64,000 nucleotides of DNA, from contig NC_069003.1 in NCBI RefSeq assembly GCF_001194135.2, positions 12,459,470 to 12,523,469 of the forward strand, written 5' to 3'. Made by a program: the position numbers and the translations under genes. Shown piece by piece: positions 39,273 through 51,760 of the stretch; within the stretch, counting starts at the first letter, position 1, and the number at the start of each line of letters is the position of its first letter. The DNA is from Octopus bimaculoides (Eukaryota). Below the pieces are notes generated by a model, which saw only the letters and a list, made by a program, of their open reading frames with translations, searched no databases and was not told where the DNA came from.

Positions 39273-39359
39273 GAAAGACGTATTGAAGAGGTGCGTAAAA
39301 ACAAGTTGTCTGTCCATGAAGATGATGATAGCTACGAGTGTGTGGTTGACAACAGTTAA
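39273..39359 (+). CDS. STMN: Stathmin terminal coding exon ERRIEEVRKNKLSVHEDDDSYECVVDNS*
   Basis: IEEVRKNK is the conserved stathmin C-terminal motif. Acceptor tttgtgtttctttcag| with branch-like TTCTAAC at 39241; stop TAA at 39357-39359. Confidence 0.93.
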   Translation, partial: ERRIEEVRKNKLSVHEDDDSYECVVDNS

Positions 39360-41760
39360 TGTTGCTGGCATCCAAGCCACATGGCCGCNNNNNNNNNNNN
39401 NNNNNNNNNNNNNNNNNNNNNNNNNNNNNNNNNNNNNNNNNNNNNNNNNNNNNNNNNNNNNNNNNNNNNNNNNNNNNNNNNNNNNNNNNNNNNNNNNNNN
39501 NNNNNNNNNNNNNNNNNNNNNNNNNNNNNNNNNNNNNNNNNNNNNNNNNNNNNNNNNNNNNNNNNNNNNNNNNNNNNNNNNNNNNNNNNNNNNNNNNNNN
39601 NNNNNNNNNNNNNNNNNNNNNNNNNNNNNNNNNNNNNNNNNNNNNNNNNNNNNNNNNNNNNNNNNNNNNNNNNNNNNNNNNNNNNNNNNNNNNNNNNNNN
39701 NNNNNNNNNNNNNNNNNNNNNNNNNNNNNNNNNNNNNNNNNNNNNNNNNNNNNNNNNNNNNNNNNNNNNNNNNNNNNNNNNNNNNNNNNNNNNNNNNNNN
39801 NNNNNNNNNNNNNNNNNNNNNNNNNNNNNNNNNNNNNNNNNNNNNNNNNNNNNNNNNNNNNNNNNNNNNNNNNNNNNNNNNNNNNNNNNNNNNNNNNNNN
39901 NNNNNNNNNNNNNNNNNNNNNNNNNNNNNNNNNNNNNNNNNNNNNNNNNNNNNNNNNNNNNNNNNNNNNNNNNNNNNNNNNNNNNNNNNNNNNNNNNNNN
40001 NNNNNNNNNNNNNNNNNNNNNNNNNNNNNNNNNNNNNNNNNNNNNNNNNNNNNNNNNNNNNNNNNNNNNNNNNNNNNNNNNNNNNNNNNNNNNNNNNNNN
40101 NNNNNNNNNNNNNNNNNNNNNNNNNNNNNNNNNNNNNNNNNNNNNNNNNNNNNNNNNNNNNNNNNNNNNNNNNNNNNNNNNNNNNNNNNNNNNNNNNNNN
40201 NNNNNNNNNNNNNNNNNNNNNNNNNNNNNNNNNNNNNNNNNNNNNNNNNNNNNNNNNNNNNNNNNNNNNNNNNNNNNNNNNNNNNNNNNNNNNNNNNNNN
40301 NNNNNNNNNNNNNNTTTATTTTCAATTTTTTTAAAAAACTTTTAAATGATGCTTGTCCGACTTTTTTTGAAAACAACCAATATTATCAAAGAAAATTCCA
40401 CTAATGTACTAATAAAGAAATAATGATGATAATAATACTACTACTACTACTAATAATAATAATACTAATTATATTGATGAAGGGCAGAAAGCGGTTCTTG
40501 AGAGTATCTGTGTATGTTGATGCAGTTTTTTTTCATCTGCAAGTGCCATCTACTGGCCATTTCATATCTCATTGCCTGTCATTTGATTTTTTCACATCCT
40601 TTTTTTATTTTTTATTTTGGCTCCTCCTCCCTCTTTTCTCTTCTTCCTCCTCCCTCTTTCCTCTTCTTCCTCCTCTTTCTCTTGCCTCTCTTTCCTTTCC
40701 TTGTTTCCCTCTCCCCCATTGTAAAATGGACACTTAGAACCCAACTCAAAGAGATTGGGCTTTCACAACCCCACCCCCTCCCTCTCTGTCCGTCTGTTTT
40801 GTCTGGTGGAGTCTAATCTAGTATCCTACATGACCCACCACTCCCTAATGTCTGTAGTTAGGTTGCTTATATAAATTTTACATTCCGACAATATTGGTCA
40901 CCTTTTTGCTCCTCACCTCCTTACCACCCACGTGTCTGGCTGTGTGTGCAGGAGCTTGTGTATACAGAGGATATGTGTGTGCGTGTCCCCCCCCCCCCGT
41001 AATAGTTTGTGGGTGGCTTGCTTGGTTGCATTGACTGTAAGCTACAATAGACTAAGGGTGAATAATGATTGATGTAATTTGCTTGATAAGTGTTGGGATG
41101 TGTCTGTGTTGGTGGTTTGAATCATTGTCTAGATGTCTGCCTTAGTGTAGGGCCCCAACTACTACTATATATATATATAGATATATCTAACATGTACAAA
41201 CATACATACACGCATACACACACTCTGCCCAAAAACCTTGCTGTAGGGTCTTAGTTTCTTCTCACACTCTGCTGTCCACCTCTCTGCTCTTTGTTCACAC
41301 TTTGACACATTGCTATCACCACCACCACCACCACCACCACCACTTCTACTACTTCTACAACCTGAGATATAACACTAATTTCTCTTAATCTCTCTCCTTT
41401 CTCTCCTTTCTCTCCTCTCCTCTCTCCTCAGCTGGTCTGTCCACTAACTTGACCAGAACAACTTTGTTGCATTGGCTTTGAAATCTTTAGTTAATCTGTG
41501 TACTTAACTGCTTGATGTATGTTCCAACTGGACGCTACATGTCGGTGGAGTGCTTTTGGTCAGCTTTTTTCAAGTGAAATTTCATGAACTTCAAAAATGT
41601 ATTCAGTGGAAACTTTGTCCAAATATGGAAATATTTTTTCTCTCTCTCTCTCTCTTACTCTCTTTCTTTCTTTCTCTCTCTCTCTCTCTCAATTTTGACT
41701 TTATTTTTATTTTTTTATTTTTTTTTTTGAAAATGTATAATAAAAGAAATCTGTTGGAGT
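39360..41760 (+). other. STMN: Putative stathmin 3' UTR (partly N gap) with candidate poly(A) signals
   Basis: No SINE seen. AATAAA at 40411 and at 41739, the latter followed by GT-rich sequence. The end point is inferred. Confidence 0.45.
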
Positions 41761-42402
41761 CTGTTGCCGTTGATGACTTGTATGACTGACGAGGTTGCTC
41801 GTCCTATTCTATTGCATTCTTGAAAAATTTCCAATGCTTGCAGAGTTCAGTGTTAGTTGTGGGAAAGGATGCGGGGGATGGGGGCTACTTCTTCATTCAT
41901 AAACCTCCCTCTCACCCTTCCTTCTCTCTCGTTAGTAGTAGTAGTAGTTTATATTGCATTCTTTCCCTTTGTGTGATGTCAGTGGGTAAGGTCCTCCTTG
42001 GATTGTCTGACCACTATCTGAACAACATAATATGGCTTCATGGTCCAGAAGTTTGCTTCACAGTTGTCATGTGGTTCCAAGTTCAATCACCCTGTGCAAC
42101 TTTTTACCTTTTGCTCCAGGTTGGCCAGTTCCATGTAATTTGTGGTCAACAGAAACTTTGCAAAAGCCCATCATATATTATTTTTTATCTTTTACTTGAT
42201 TCAGCCATTAGACTGTGGCCATGCTGGGGCATATATAAATATCTTTCACTAAGAAAACTGATAATTTTATTTATTTATTTTTTTTTATGTTAAGAAGCTT
42301 GCTTTGCCTCTGCATAGTTTTGAGTTTGGTCCATTTACATAGCACCATAGGCATGGACTGACCAATTCCTTGCAAATGAATTTGGTAGATTGAAGCTCAT
42401 CC

Positions 42403-42436
<34 letters not shown>

Positions 42437-42552
42437 GTGCCCCAGCATGGCTTCAGTCTAATGACTGTAAAGGATATATAGTGTGTGGCGTGGAGTGGGT
42501 GCTTCTCTCCCCCTACTGCTTGACAACTACTGTTAAGTATGGGTTGTTAGAC

Positions 42553-42872
42553 CAGGGGTTCTCAACCATTTTGTGCTTGTGGACCCCTTTGACTATTATT
42601 TTATTCTGGTAGACCCCCATAGTTGTTCGATGTTTAAAAACTAGTTTTATAGAAACTTATTACAAAATTCCTATTTTGTTTTTCACACATTCATTTGTGT
42701 AGGTGGAACTGGAAAGCGTTAAAGAAACCTAGCTGTTTCTTGGCAATACAGACATCTAAAGCAAAATTTTTTCAAGGGCCCTTAAAATACTATAGTGGAT
42801 CCCCAATTTGCTATTTTGTTGTGCGGACCCCCCACCTCCCAAACCTTGATGGACCCTGGTTGAGAACGACTG
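42553..42872. mobile_element. hAT-type MITE (~320 bp)
   Basis: TIRs CAGGGGTTCTCAACC / GGTTGAGAACGACTG; 8-bp TSD TGTTAGAC / GGTTAGAC (7/8). Confidence 0.85.
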
Positions 42873-43839
42873 GGTTAGACATGTTATTGGGCAACGGTTT
42901 TAAAGCTGGATGGTCTTCCTGTCTGCTGTTAACCTTTATCTGGTTCTTCAAGTAATGGATCTCTTCAAAAGGCACCAAGCAAGATGATTTATTGGCAGAA
43001 TTACCAGCAGTAACACGACCTTGGTTGGCCTGAACTGTAACAGAAAAGTGCTATGCAGTGGGACTGAACCTGAAACCACGTGGTTGGGAAGCAAACTTGT
43101 CCACCACACAGCCACCTTATTGGTGTGCAGCCTGTATGTGGTTGCTCAAATTGCTGAACATAAAAGTCAAATCTCAACCTATTGTCCTGAAATTGAATGA
43201 ATATATTGGATAAGTAATTCTTGATATAAAATACATGAGAAAAAGACAAAACACAACCAGAATGCTTTTCCTCTTTCATTTAATGGTTTTAATCATAACC
43301 TTTAAGGGATTTTAGTTCATTGTATTGCCTGTATCAGTCTCTATTTATTGAACTACTAAATTATATCAAGGTATGCAACACTATTATCATTGAGTTGGTG
43401 AAGGTCTGATGCTCATGTCCCTTGGAAGGAGGCAGAGATGTGGATTCTGAGACCCTAACCCTGGTTCAAATGCTTACAGACTTTGTGCTGAAGTGACCCA
43501 AGGTAACAGGTTGTGGTGTTAAACCAGACAGTGGATTAGTCTACCATCTAAGGGCATGGTGCTCCAGCATGACCACAGTCCAATAGCTGAAACTAGTAAA
43601 AGAATATGCATGCAAGATGGATTTGTTTAACAATGTCTACTGAGAAAGGGTGGTGAGATTGACTTAGATCATAAATGCAAGCTGACCTGTGGTTAAGCAG
43701 TGATTACTTATATTCAGTGGCATGGAGCATTCTTGCCTGGTTAACAAGCTTTGTAGTCCCTGGTCCAGTCTCACTGTTACACCTTTGGCAAATGGATTTG
43801 GTAGAGAGAAATGGAAAGCCAATGGTGTTTGTGTATGTA

Positions 43840-44222
43840 TATTCTTTTACTTGTCAGTCATTTGACTGGCCATGCTGGAGCACCACCTTAAAGGGTTTTA
43901 GTCAAAGAAATCAACCCCAGGACTTATTCTTTGTAAGCCAAGTAATTATTCTTTTGGTCTCTTTTGCTGAACCACTAAATTCTGGGGACATAAACACACC
44001 AGCATCAGTTGTCAAGCGATGCCAGGAGGGCAAATAGACACATAAATTCTTGTATGTATATATACTACAGGCTTCTTTCACTTTCTTCTTACAAAATACG
44101 CTCAAAAGGCTTTGGTTGGCCTGAGGCTATAGTAGAAGACACTTGCCCAAGGTACCATGCAGTGGGACTGAACCCAGAACCATGTAATTGGGAAGCAAGC
44201 TTCTTACTACACAGCCATGCAT
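43840..44222 (-). mobile_element. CORE-type SINE copy
   Basis: Full head, core and tail in reverse orientation. Confidence 0.85.
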
Positions 44223-44677
44223 GTGTCAGTGTCAAAAGAAAGAGAAAAATGCCCAATACACACTGTAAGATGGTTGGTATTAGAAAGGGTGTTGAACCAA
44301 AGAAAACGGCATAGGCAGCACTGGTGCTTGATGCAACCTGGAAAACAGGCTTTAAATGATAATGTGTGTGTGCACCCTTATGTCATTGTGATAGTTGGGT
44401 CACCAAGTGAGCAATATTCCTTTCTAGTCTTCTGCATAAAGTTTGTCCAACTATGGGGGGAAATACTACCTGCCTTGAAACAAGTGAGGGTTGTCAATAG
44501 GAAAGGCATCTATCCATTGAAGGAACACCTGCCTCAACAATTTCTGTCTGAAACCTGCAAGCATAGAAAAGGGGGACATTGAATGATGATTTTATTTGAT
44601 TAGCTCGGCTTCTTCCTGCTTCAATTTCTAATGGATTTCAGATGAGACAGCAGGGGACAAGGGCTGACTTAATTCAA

Positions 44678-44877
44678 CCCTTCAGCATTCAGATTATTTT
44701 GTCAAATACTCAAGCAGGACAGATCTAGTCTCTCACACCCACCTTACAATGTCATTCTAAAAAAATAAACAATCACATCATCAAAATCTGAAAGCTACAA
44801 GATTATGTACGATTAATTCTAAGCAATTAAGATGAAAAGAGCATTGCAGTTGGTAAAGTAATCCGAATGCTAAAGGG
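44678..44877. mobile_element. piggyBac-type MITE
   Basis: TIRs CCCTTCAGCATTCAGATTA / TAATCCGAATGCTAAAGGG; TTAA on the right, TCAA on the left. Related fragments at ~32065-32260 and ~62270-62385. Confidence 0.7.
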
Positions 44878-46529
44878 TTAAGTTTTCATGATGTGATTGT
44901 ATACTTTTAGAATGACATTGTAGAATAGGTGTGAGAATCCAGACCTAGTGAGTTTGAACATAAAACAATGTCTGAGCTGGATGTGGCCAGTTTAAAAGGG
45001 ACATTTGCCCATGGTTCCATGCGGTAGGACTACCCAGAACCATGTGGTTGGAAAGCAAGCTTTTTAGCACATGACCACACCCATCATTTTTACATCCATT
45101 TTTCATGTTTACTTGGAGGAGATAATAATGCAGATATTCGACAGCTGCCCTTCTTCACCTGTTTATGAATAAGATAATATTTCTTCATGGTCCAAACATG
45201 TTTTGTGAGAAAACTGAAAACAAAGGACACTGCTTGTAAGATGGTGACACTCATTTACAACTATTCTGCAATGTTAAAACAATCAGACACCTTATATGCA
45301 CATATCTAATCTACCACAGGCTTTGAGTTTCAACCTACCAGATCCACTCATAAGGCTATAGTAAAAGACAGTTGCCCAAGGTTCCACACAGCAGGACTAA
45401 ACTTGAAAGCATGTTGTTAGGAAATGAACTTGACCATACAGCCAGGCCTGCACTGAGATGAGAAATAGAAAAGGGGTATTAGGCTCACATCTGGCTTCCT
45501 GTATGTGTGTATATGGTAAACAATTTGTCTGATGTAGTTTACCGTCTTCTAATGACTAGGCATTATATTCATTTGTAATATAGCAATAGTAGGGGTATAT
45601 GGCCTAGTGGTTAAGGTGTTGCACTCATAATTACAAGATCATAGTTTCAATTCCTGGACTGGGCAGTGTTGTGTTTTTCAGCAAAACAATCTATTTTTGT
45701 GATCACTTCAACACCTGATGTCTGGAACACCAAGCGTCTACAGGAAACATTGATTTGAAGAAAGGAGTGAATTAATAATGTACAAAATTTGATCTCGAAT
45801 CAAATTATCTGTGCAGGCTGATCAGTAAGAACCATCATCTATCCTCTACAACAAGGAGAGTCCAGAACCTCAACATGGCTGGTCAATGTCAGATATAACA
45901 AACAAAAGTTCCCTCAAGTTACACCATCTTAAAGACAATTGATCGAAGCATTGAACAGAATTTCTTGTAGCATTTATAATGACTGAAGTTCAAATCACAC
46001 AAAGGCCAACTTTGCTTTTCTGTTTTTGGGGTCAGTAAAATGAACAAGCTTGTGGTGGTGGATTGGCAGGACCATAAGAAAATTAGGCTTGTGGTATTTA
46101 CGATGATTCTTTGTCTCCTGAGTTCGAATCCTACCATAATTAACCTAGCAGCACAATCTGTCACCTGAGGCTGCATCTTGGTTCCATGACAAAGTTTCTG
46201 TTTTAGAGCGATCTAAATGGTAATTTATTCATGACTTACCGAGACACCATATTTTGTTACACGACCATAATAAACTACAAAGTTAAACTGTTGGATGTGG
46301 TACTGAAGAAGGTGCAAAAACCCCTGAAATGGCATATACACCCATTACCCATGTTTCCATCTTTAATCGCATTGTTGTTTACATTAGGTGTATTTGAATA
46401 TGAAATGTAAAAAAAAATTAGTGCTGGCTATAATTCCTATAGAAAGTCTGTAGAGATAACCTTAACACAAGGTAATTTATATACCAAACACCAGTTTAAT
46501 TATGACACAATTATAAATTTAAACTTAAT

Positions 46530-47543
46530 TGTTTCAGTCCTTTTGACTGTGGCCATGCTGGAGCATCGCCTTGTAATCGAAGAAATCGATCCCTGGACTT
46601 ATTCTGTTGGTCTATTTTGCCGAACTGCTAAGTTACAGAGATGTAAACACACCAATATCAGTTGTCAAGTGATGATGGAGGGACAAACACAAATACATAC
46701 ATATATATATATATGACAGGCTTCTTTCAGTTTCCGTATACCAAATCCACTCGAGGCTATAGTAGAAGACACTTGTGCAAGGTGCCATGCAGTGGAAGTG
46801 AACCTAGGACCATGTAGTTGGGAAGCAAGCTTCTTACCATATAGCCACGCCTGCACCTATTCTTTCTTATTTTCAAAATTAACTGAAACTGTAATTCAAC
46901 AGAAATATGGTAACAAAAGGGTTGAATATTCTTTGACTATTTGATAAACTCAACTACGACTGCCTCTGCTTCTAACTTCCTGTTTTCAAGTGATCTAAAT
47001 GAAAACCATTGATGTTCCAAACACCAGTTTAATAATTCTACCATAGGTACAAGGCTTGAAATTTTGGGGGATGAAGATAGTCAATTAAATCAATTCCAAC
47101 GGTGAACAGGTACATATTTTACTGACACTTGAAAGGTAAAAGTCGACCTTAGCGGTATTTGAACTCAGAATGCAAAGGCAGAAGAAATGCTGCTAAGCAT
47201 TTTGTTAGACTGCGGCCATGCTGGGGCATTGCTTTGAAGAGTTTTTAGTTGAATGAATTGACTCCAGTACTTATAATTATTTTTTAAACCTGGTACTTAT
47301 TCTGTTGGTCACTTTTGCCGAACTGCTAAGTTACAGGGACATAAACACACCAGCGCAGGTTGCCAAGGTGTGGTCGGAGACAAACACGAAGACACATACA
47401 CACATGATGGGCTTCTTTCAGTTTCTATCTACCAAATCCACTCAAGGCTATAGTAGAAGACACTTGCCCAAGGTGCCACACAGTAGGACTGAACCTGGAA
47501 CCATGTGGTTGGAAAGCAAACTTCTTACCACATGGCCATGTGT
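46530..47543 (-). mobile_element. Two CORE-type SINE copies (46530-46856, 47205-47543) with a second-family SINE fragment between
   Basis: Family motifs recognisable in reverse complement. Confidence 0.75.
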
Positions 47544-48089
47544 ATAAACTAAATTTATTAAACAAAATATCTTATCAAAACAAGCCATCATAAACATTAA
47601 TGAAGAAATTAAGTCAATAATGAGTTGTAATGGTTTATTTGAAATTTCTGCAAAACTTCATAACATCATCATCATCATCATCATTGTCTCTTAACATCAT
47701 CCACTTTTCCATACCTGCATGGGTTGGATAGAATTTCAACAGCTGGATGCCCTTTCTGTCACCAACCCTTGCATGTTTCCAAGTAGGTAATATTTTCTCA
47801 TGACCAGACATGTTTATCATGGAAGATTTAAAATGAAGGACGTTGCTTGTTTGACAGTGACACTTGTTTACTACTATCATGATAGTAACTCACACACACA
47901 CACACACATACACATGTGCCAGGTTTTTTCAGTTTCCATCTACCAAATCTACTCAAGGCTTTGGTCAGCTTGACAGTGGGATTGAACCTGGAACTATATG
48001 GTTGGGAAGTAAACTTCTTGCCACACAGCCAATGCCTGCACCCATGACCAAAATGAAAATAAAGTACTGATGTATAAAAATGAAATAAT

Positions 48090-48310
48090 AATAATAATGG
48101 TTTCAAATTTTAGCACAAGGCCAGCAAATTCATGATCAGGATTGAGTCGATTACATCAACCCCAGTGATAAACTGGTACTTAATTTATTGACCCCCCAAA
48201 AGGATGAAAGGCAAAGTTGACCTCGACAGAATTTGAACTCAGAACATAAAGACGGATGAAATACCACAAAGCATTTTGCCCAGTGTGCTAACATTTCTGC
48301 AAACTCACCA
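48090..48310 (-). mobile_element. Second SINE family (Deu/Nin-like central domain)
   Basis: Reverse complement of the element at 53906-54120 (gttgactttgcctttcatcc..gataaattaagtacc). Confidence 0.75.
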
Positions 48311-48630
48311 ATAGTTACAATGATAATGAACTATACAGTGCTCAGGTGCACTACAACTCATCAGTAAAAGTAACCAAAACTGCATGAACAGTGCATAGAA
48401 TATGCACAGGAAGTGAACTGTGAAAAAGCCTTTAAAAAATATCCCACCTTGTTAAGTTGAACATTGAAAAAAAAGACTCAGATTAGAAATGAAACCAGTT
48501 GAATGTACACCAGTTAGGAATAACTTGCTTACATCAATAGAGGATTTCAGAATATATACTTGTTTAGAGTGATCTTGAGAATATTACTGTATGTGAAAAA
48601 AAACAAATTCACTTATGAGAGCACACACCA

Positions 48631-48848
48631 CAAAGCGGTGCTGAAAAGTTCCTGGTTTTGGGTAAAAGAAAACACAGGACGATCAATTAAGTATGATTTT
48701 ATTCAACATATTCCCCTCTCAGATTCACACACTTATTGCAGCAGTCCTTCAGTTTTTCTAAGCCTTAGAAAACATTTTGGAAGGTTGAAGTCTCCAACGA
48801 GGCCTTTCACAATACTCTTAAAGCTAGGAACTTTTCAGCACCTCCTTG
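48631..48848. mobile_element. Mariner-type MITE (~218 bp)
   Basis: ~28-bp TIRs caaagcggtgctgaaaagttcctggttt / aagctaggaacttttcagcacctccttg; TA on the right, CA on the left. TIR resembles Hsmar2/MADE2 termini. Confidence 0.8.
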
Positions 48849-49735
48849 TAGATTCTGTAAAGTGGTTGATGTTAAGAAAGGCACCCAGCCATAGAAACCA
48901 TACCAAAACAGACAGTAAAGGTTGGTGTAGTCTTCTGGCTTGCCGGTTCCTGCAAACCACCCAACTCATGTCAGCATGAAAAATGAACATTGAATGGTGA
49001 TGATGACATTAGGCCTGGGAACAGGGACTGCAGGAGGTGCAAGTACACCTAAAATTTTTGGAGGGGTGCAAGATCAAAATTTGCACCCCTATTTGGTTTT
49101 CTCAGGTTTAGAAAACAGTGCATGAAAAGTAATCTGTAAAAAGGAACTTGAAGTTAGGTTTCTTCTTCAAAGAACAAATATAAAGAAAAAAAATAAAACA
49201 AGATCTTGTTTATAAAAAACATTTTGGACCTGGGTTTGCATCCCATCAGCAAATTTCATCCGTGAGCCAGTGGATGACAATGATGATGATGATGATGATC
49301 TTCAAATTCCACCTGTCTAACACCCGTGGACATGCTTACAAAGTCAGAAAACAGCACAGCTCCCTTGACTCAGAAACACTTTTTCACGCTAAGAGTTGCT
49401 GAAGTATTGAACAAACTGCCAGCGTCAGTTGTTAGTTGTCGGAGCACTGCATCCTTCAAAACTTCCATGCTTCCTGAGATTCGCCAACACTACACCTGAT
49501 TTTCTCCCCTCCATACACACGCAAACATGTATCTGACTCATACACTGTTCACTTTCCAGACAATTGTACAATACTGCATATGCTTTATGCGCACTTTTGA
49601 CAAGTTGTAGTGCACCTGAGCACTGTATACAATAATTTCATTATTATTATCTTGATGAGGGCATAAAACTAGACAGTGTTGAGGCATATCATCACCATTC
49701 CTCAGTTTTAAGCACTCTAACATATACAGACAACA

Positions 49736-49768
<33 letters not shown>

Positions 49769-50028
49769 GAGGCAGAAACCAGAGTACATACAGTTACGTT
49801 AAGTGAGTAACATCACCGCATTCGCTAGTCCCATATGAAGAAGCCACAGCTAACAAATGTCATCCACACAGAAATAACTGTAAAATAAAAATTTATCATT
49901 AAAAATGAGGCTAGAAATAAGAGCTAAACCTTCCTCCAATGAGACTGTAACGTTATCTTTTTTGAAAAATGGGGCTAGTAATAACAGCCAAATCCTTTTG
50001 TTTTTATTTCTTTTCAAATTACCATCAA

Positions 50029-50421
50029 GGCGCAGGAGTGGCTGTGTGGTAAGTAGCTTGCTTATCAACCACATGGTTCCGGGTTCAGTCCCACTGAGTG
50101 GCACCTTCTACTATAGCCTCAGGCCGACCAAAGCCTTGTGAGTGGATTTGGTAGATGGAAACTGAAAGAAGCCCGTTGTATATATGTATATGTATGTGTG
50201 TGTGTGTATATGTTTGTGTGTCTGTGTTTGTCCCCCCAACATCGCTTGACAACCGATGCTGGTGTGTTTACATCCCCGTAACTAAGCGGTTCGGCAAAAG
50301 AGCCCGATAGAATAAGTACCAGGCTTACAAAGAATAAGTCCTGGGGTCAATTTGCTCGACTAAAGGCAGTGCTCCAGCATGGCCACAGTCAAATGACTGA
50401 AACAAGTAAAAGAGTAAAAGA
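50029..50421 (+). mobile_element. Young full-length CORE-type tRNA SINE
   Basis: A-box TGGCTGTGTGG, B-box GGTTCAGTCCC, core, internal (TA)/(TG) microsatellite, tail gaaacaagtaaaagagtaaaaga. Confidence 0.9.
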
Positions 50422-50793
50422 GTATCGGTCGAGCCAGTATGCACTGTGCATTTGCTGTTGAAATGTTTGTCAAGAATGGTGCAGGTGTAGCTGCGTGGTA
50501 AGAAACTTGCTTCCTAACCACATGGTTCCAAGTTCAGTCCCATTGTGTTTGTGTCCCCATAATCTAGCAGTTTGGCAAAAGTGACTGATAGAATAAGTAC
50601 TAGGCTTTAAAAAAAAGTCCTGGGACCGATTTGTTTGATGAAAACCTTTCAAGCTGGTGCTCCAGCATGGCTGCAGTCAAATGGCTGAAACAAGTAAAAG
50701 AATAAAAAGAAAATAGAATGGTGAATCTAGGTTTGTTTTCTACTACTACTACTACTGCTTCATCTACTACTACTACTACTACTACTGCTTCAT

Positions 50794-50837
<44 letters not shown>

Positions 50838-51079
50838 GCTACTGCTTCTTCTTCTTCTACAGTATGTTTATCATCTCTATAGATGTAGAACTTGTCAGAC
50901 AAAATATAACCTCATTGGGGTCAAAAAGGTTGATATTTGACTGGCACCCTGTCAATTATGAAGGAAAAGGTTCCAGTTGATCCAATCAACAGAACAAATA
51001 ACCTGCTTGTAAAATTAGCATGTAAGTGGCTTGAGTACTCCACAGACATGCATAAAAGAAAGGTTTCTTTTTCATGTCA

Positions 51080-51295
51080 TGACTCATAAGGCCCAGTTTC
51101 CTGGTTTCATGGTGTAAATTTCCCCACTTGGATGGGATACTGGTCCGTTGCCGGATTATTCATTTTCGCCAGCTGAGTGGACTGGAGCAACATGAAATGA
51201 AGTGTTTTGCTCAAAAACACAACACATTGCCCGGTCCAGGAATTGAAACCATAATCCTACAATCATGAGTCTAATACCCTAACCACTAAGCCACA
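51080..51295 (-). mobile_element. Third tRNA-headed SINE family (V-SINE/Meta-like central domain)
   Basis: Reverse complement reads gtggcttagtggttaggg..ggtttcaattcctggaccggg..gtgttgtgtttttgagcaaaacactt. A related head lies at ~45590-45690 (+). Confidence 0.6.
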
Positions 51296-51381
51296 CATAC
51301 ATAGCCTTAACATAGTTCCCAGGGAGATTCAGCATGACACAGAACGTGACAAAACACACACACACACACACACATATATAT

Positions 51382-51760
51382 ATGTGGTAAGTAGCTTGCT
51401 TACCAACCACATGGTTCCGGGTTCAGTCCCACTGCGTGGCACCTTGGGCAAGTGTCTTCTACTATAGCCTCGGGCCGACCAAAGCCTTGTGAGTGGATTT
51501 GGTAGACGGAAACTGAAAGAAGCCCGTCGTATATATGTATATATATATATATATGTATGTGTGTTTGTTCCCCCACCATCGCTTGACAACCGATGCTGGT
51601 GTGTTTACGTTCCCCGTAACTTAGCGGTTCGGCAAAAAGAGACCGACAGAATAAGTACTAAGCTTACAAAGAATAAGCCCTGGAGTTGATTTGCTCGACT
51701 AAAGGCGGTACTCCAGCATGGCCGCAGCCAAATGACTGAAACAAATAAAAGAATAAAAGA
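51382..51760 (+). mobile_element. Young CORE-type SINE copy
   Basis: Highly similar to 50029-50421. Confidence 0.9.

Noticed and set aside
50029-50100. tRNA-like A/B boxes as possible tRNA genes (also 45590, 53906)
   Set aside because: No cloverleaf; they are SINE heads continuing into core and tail domains.
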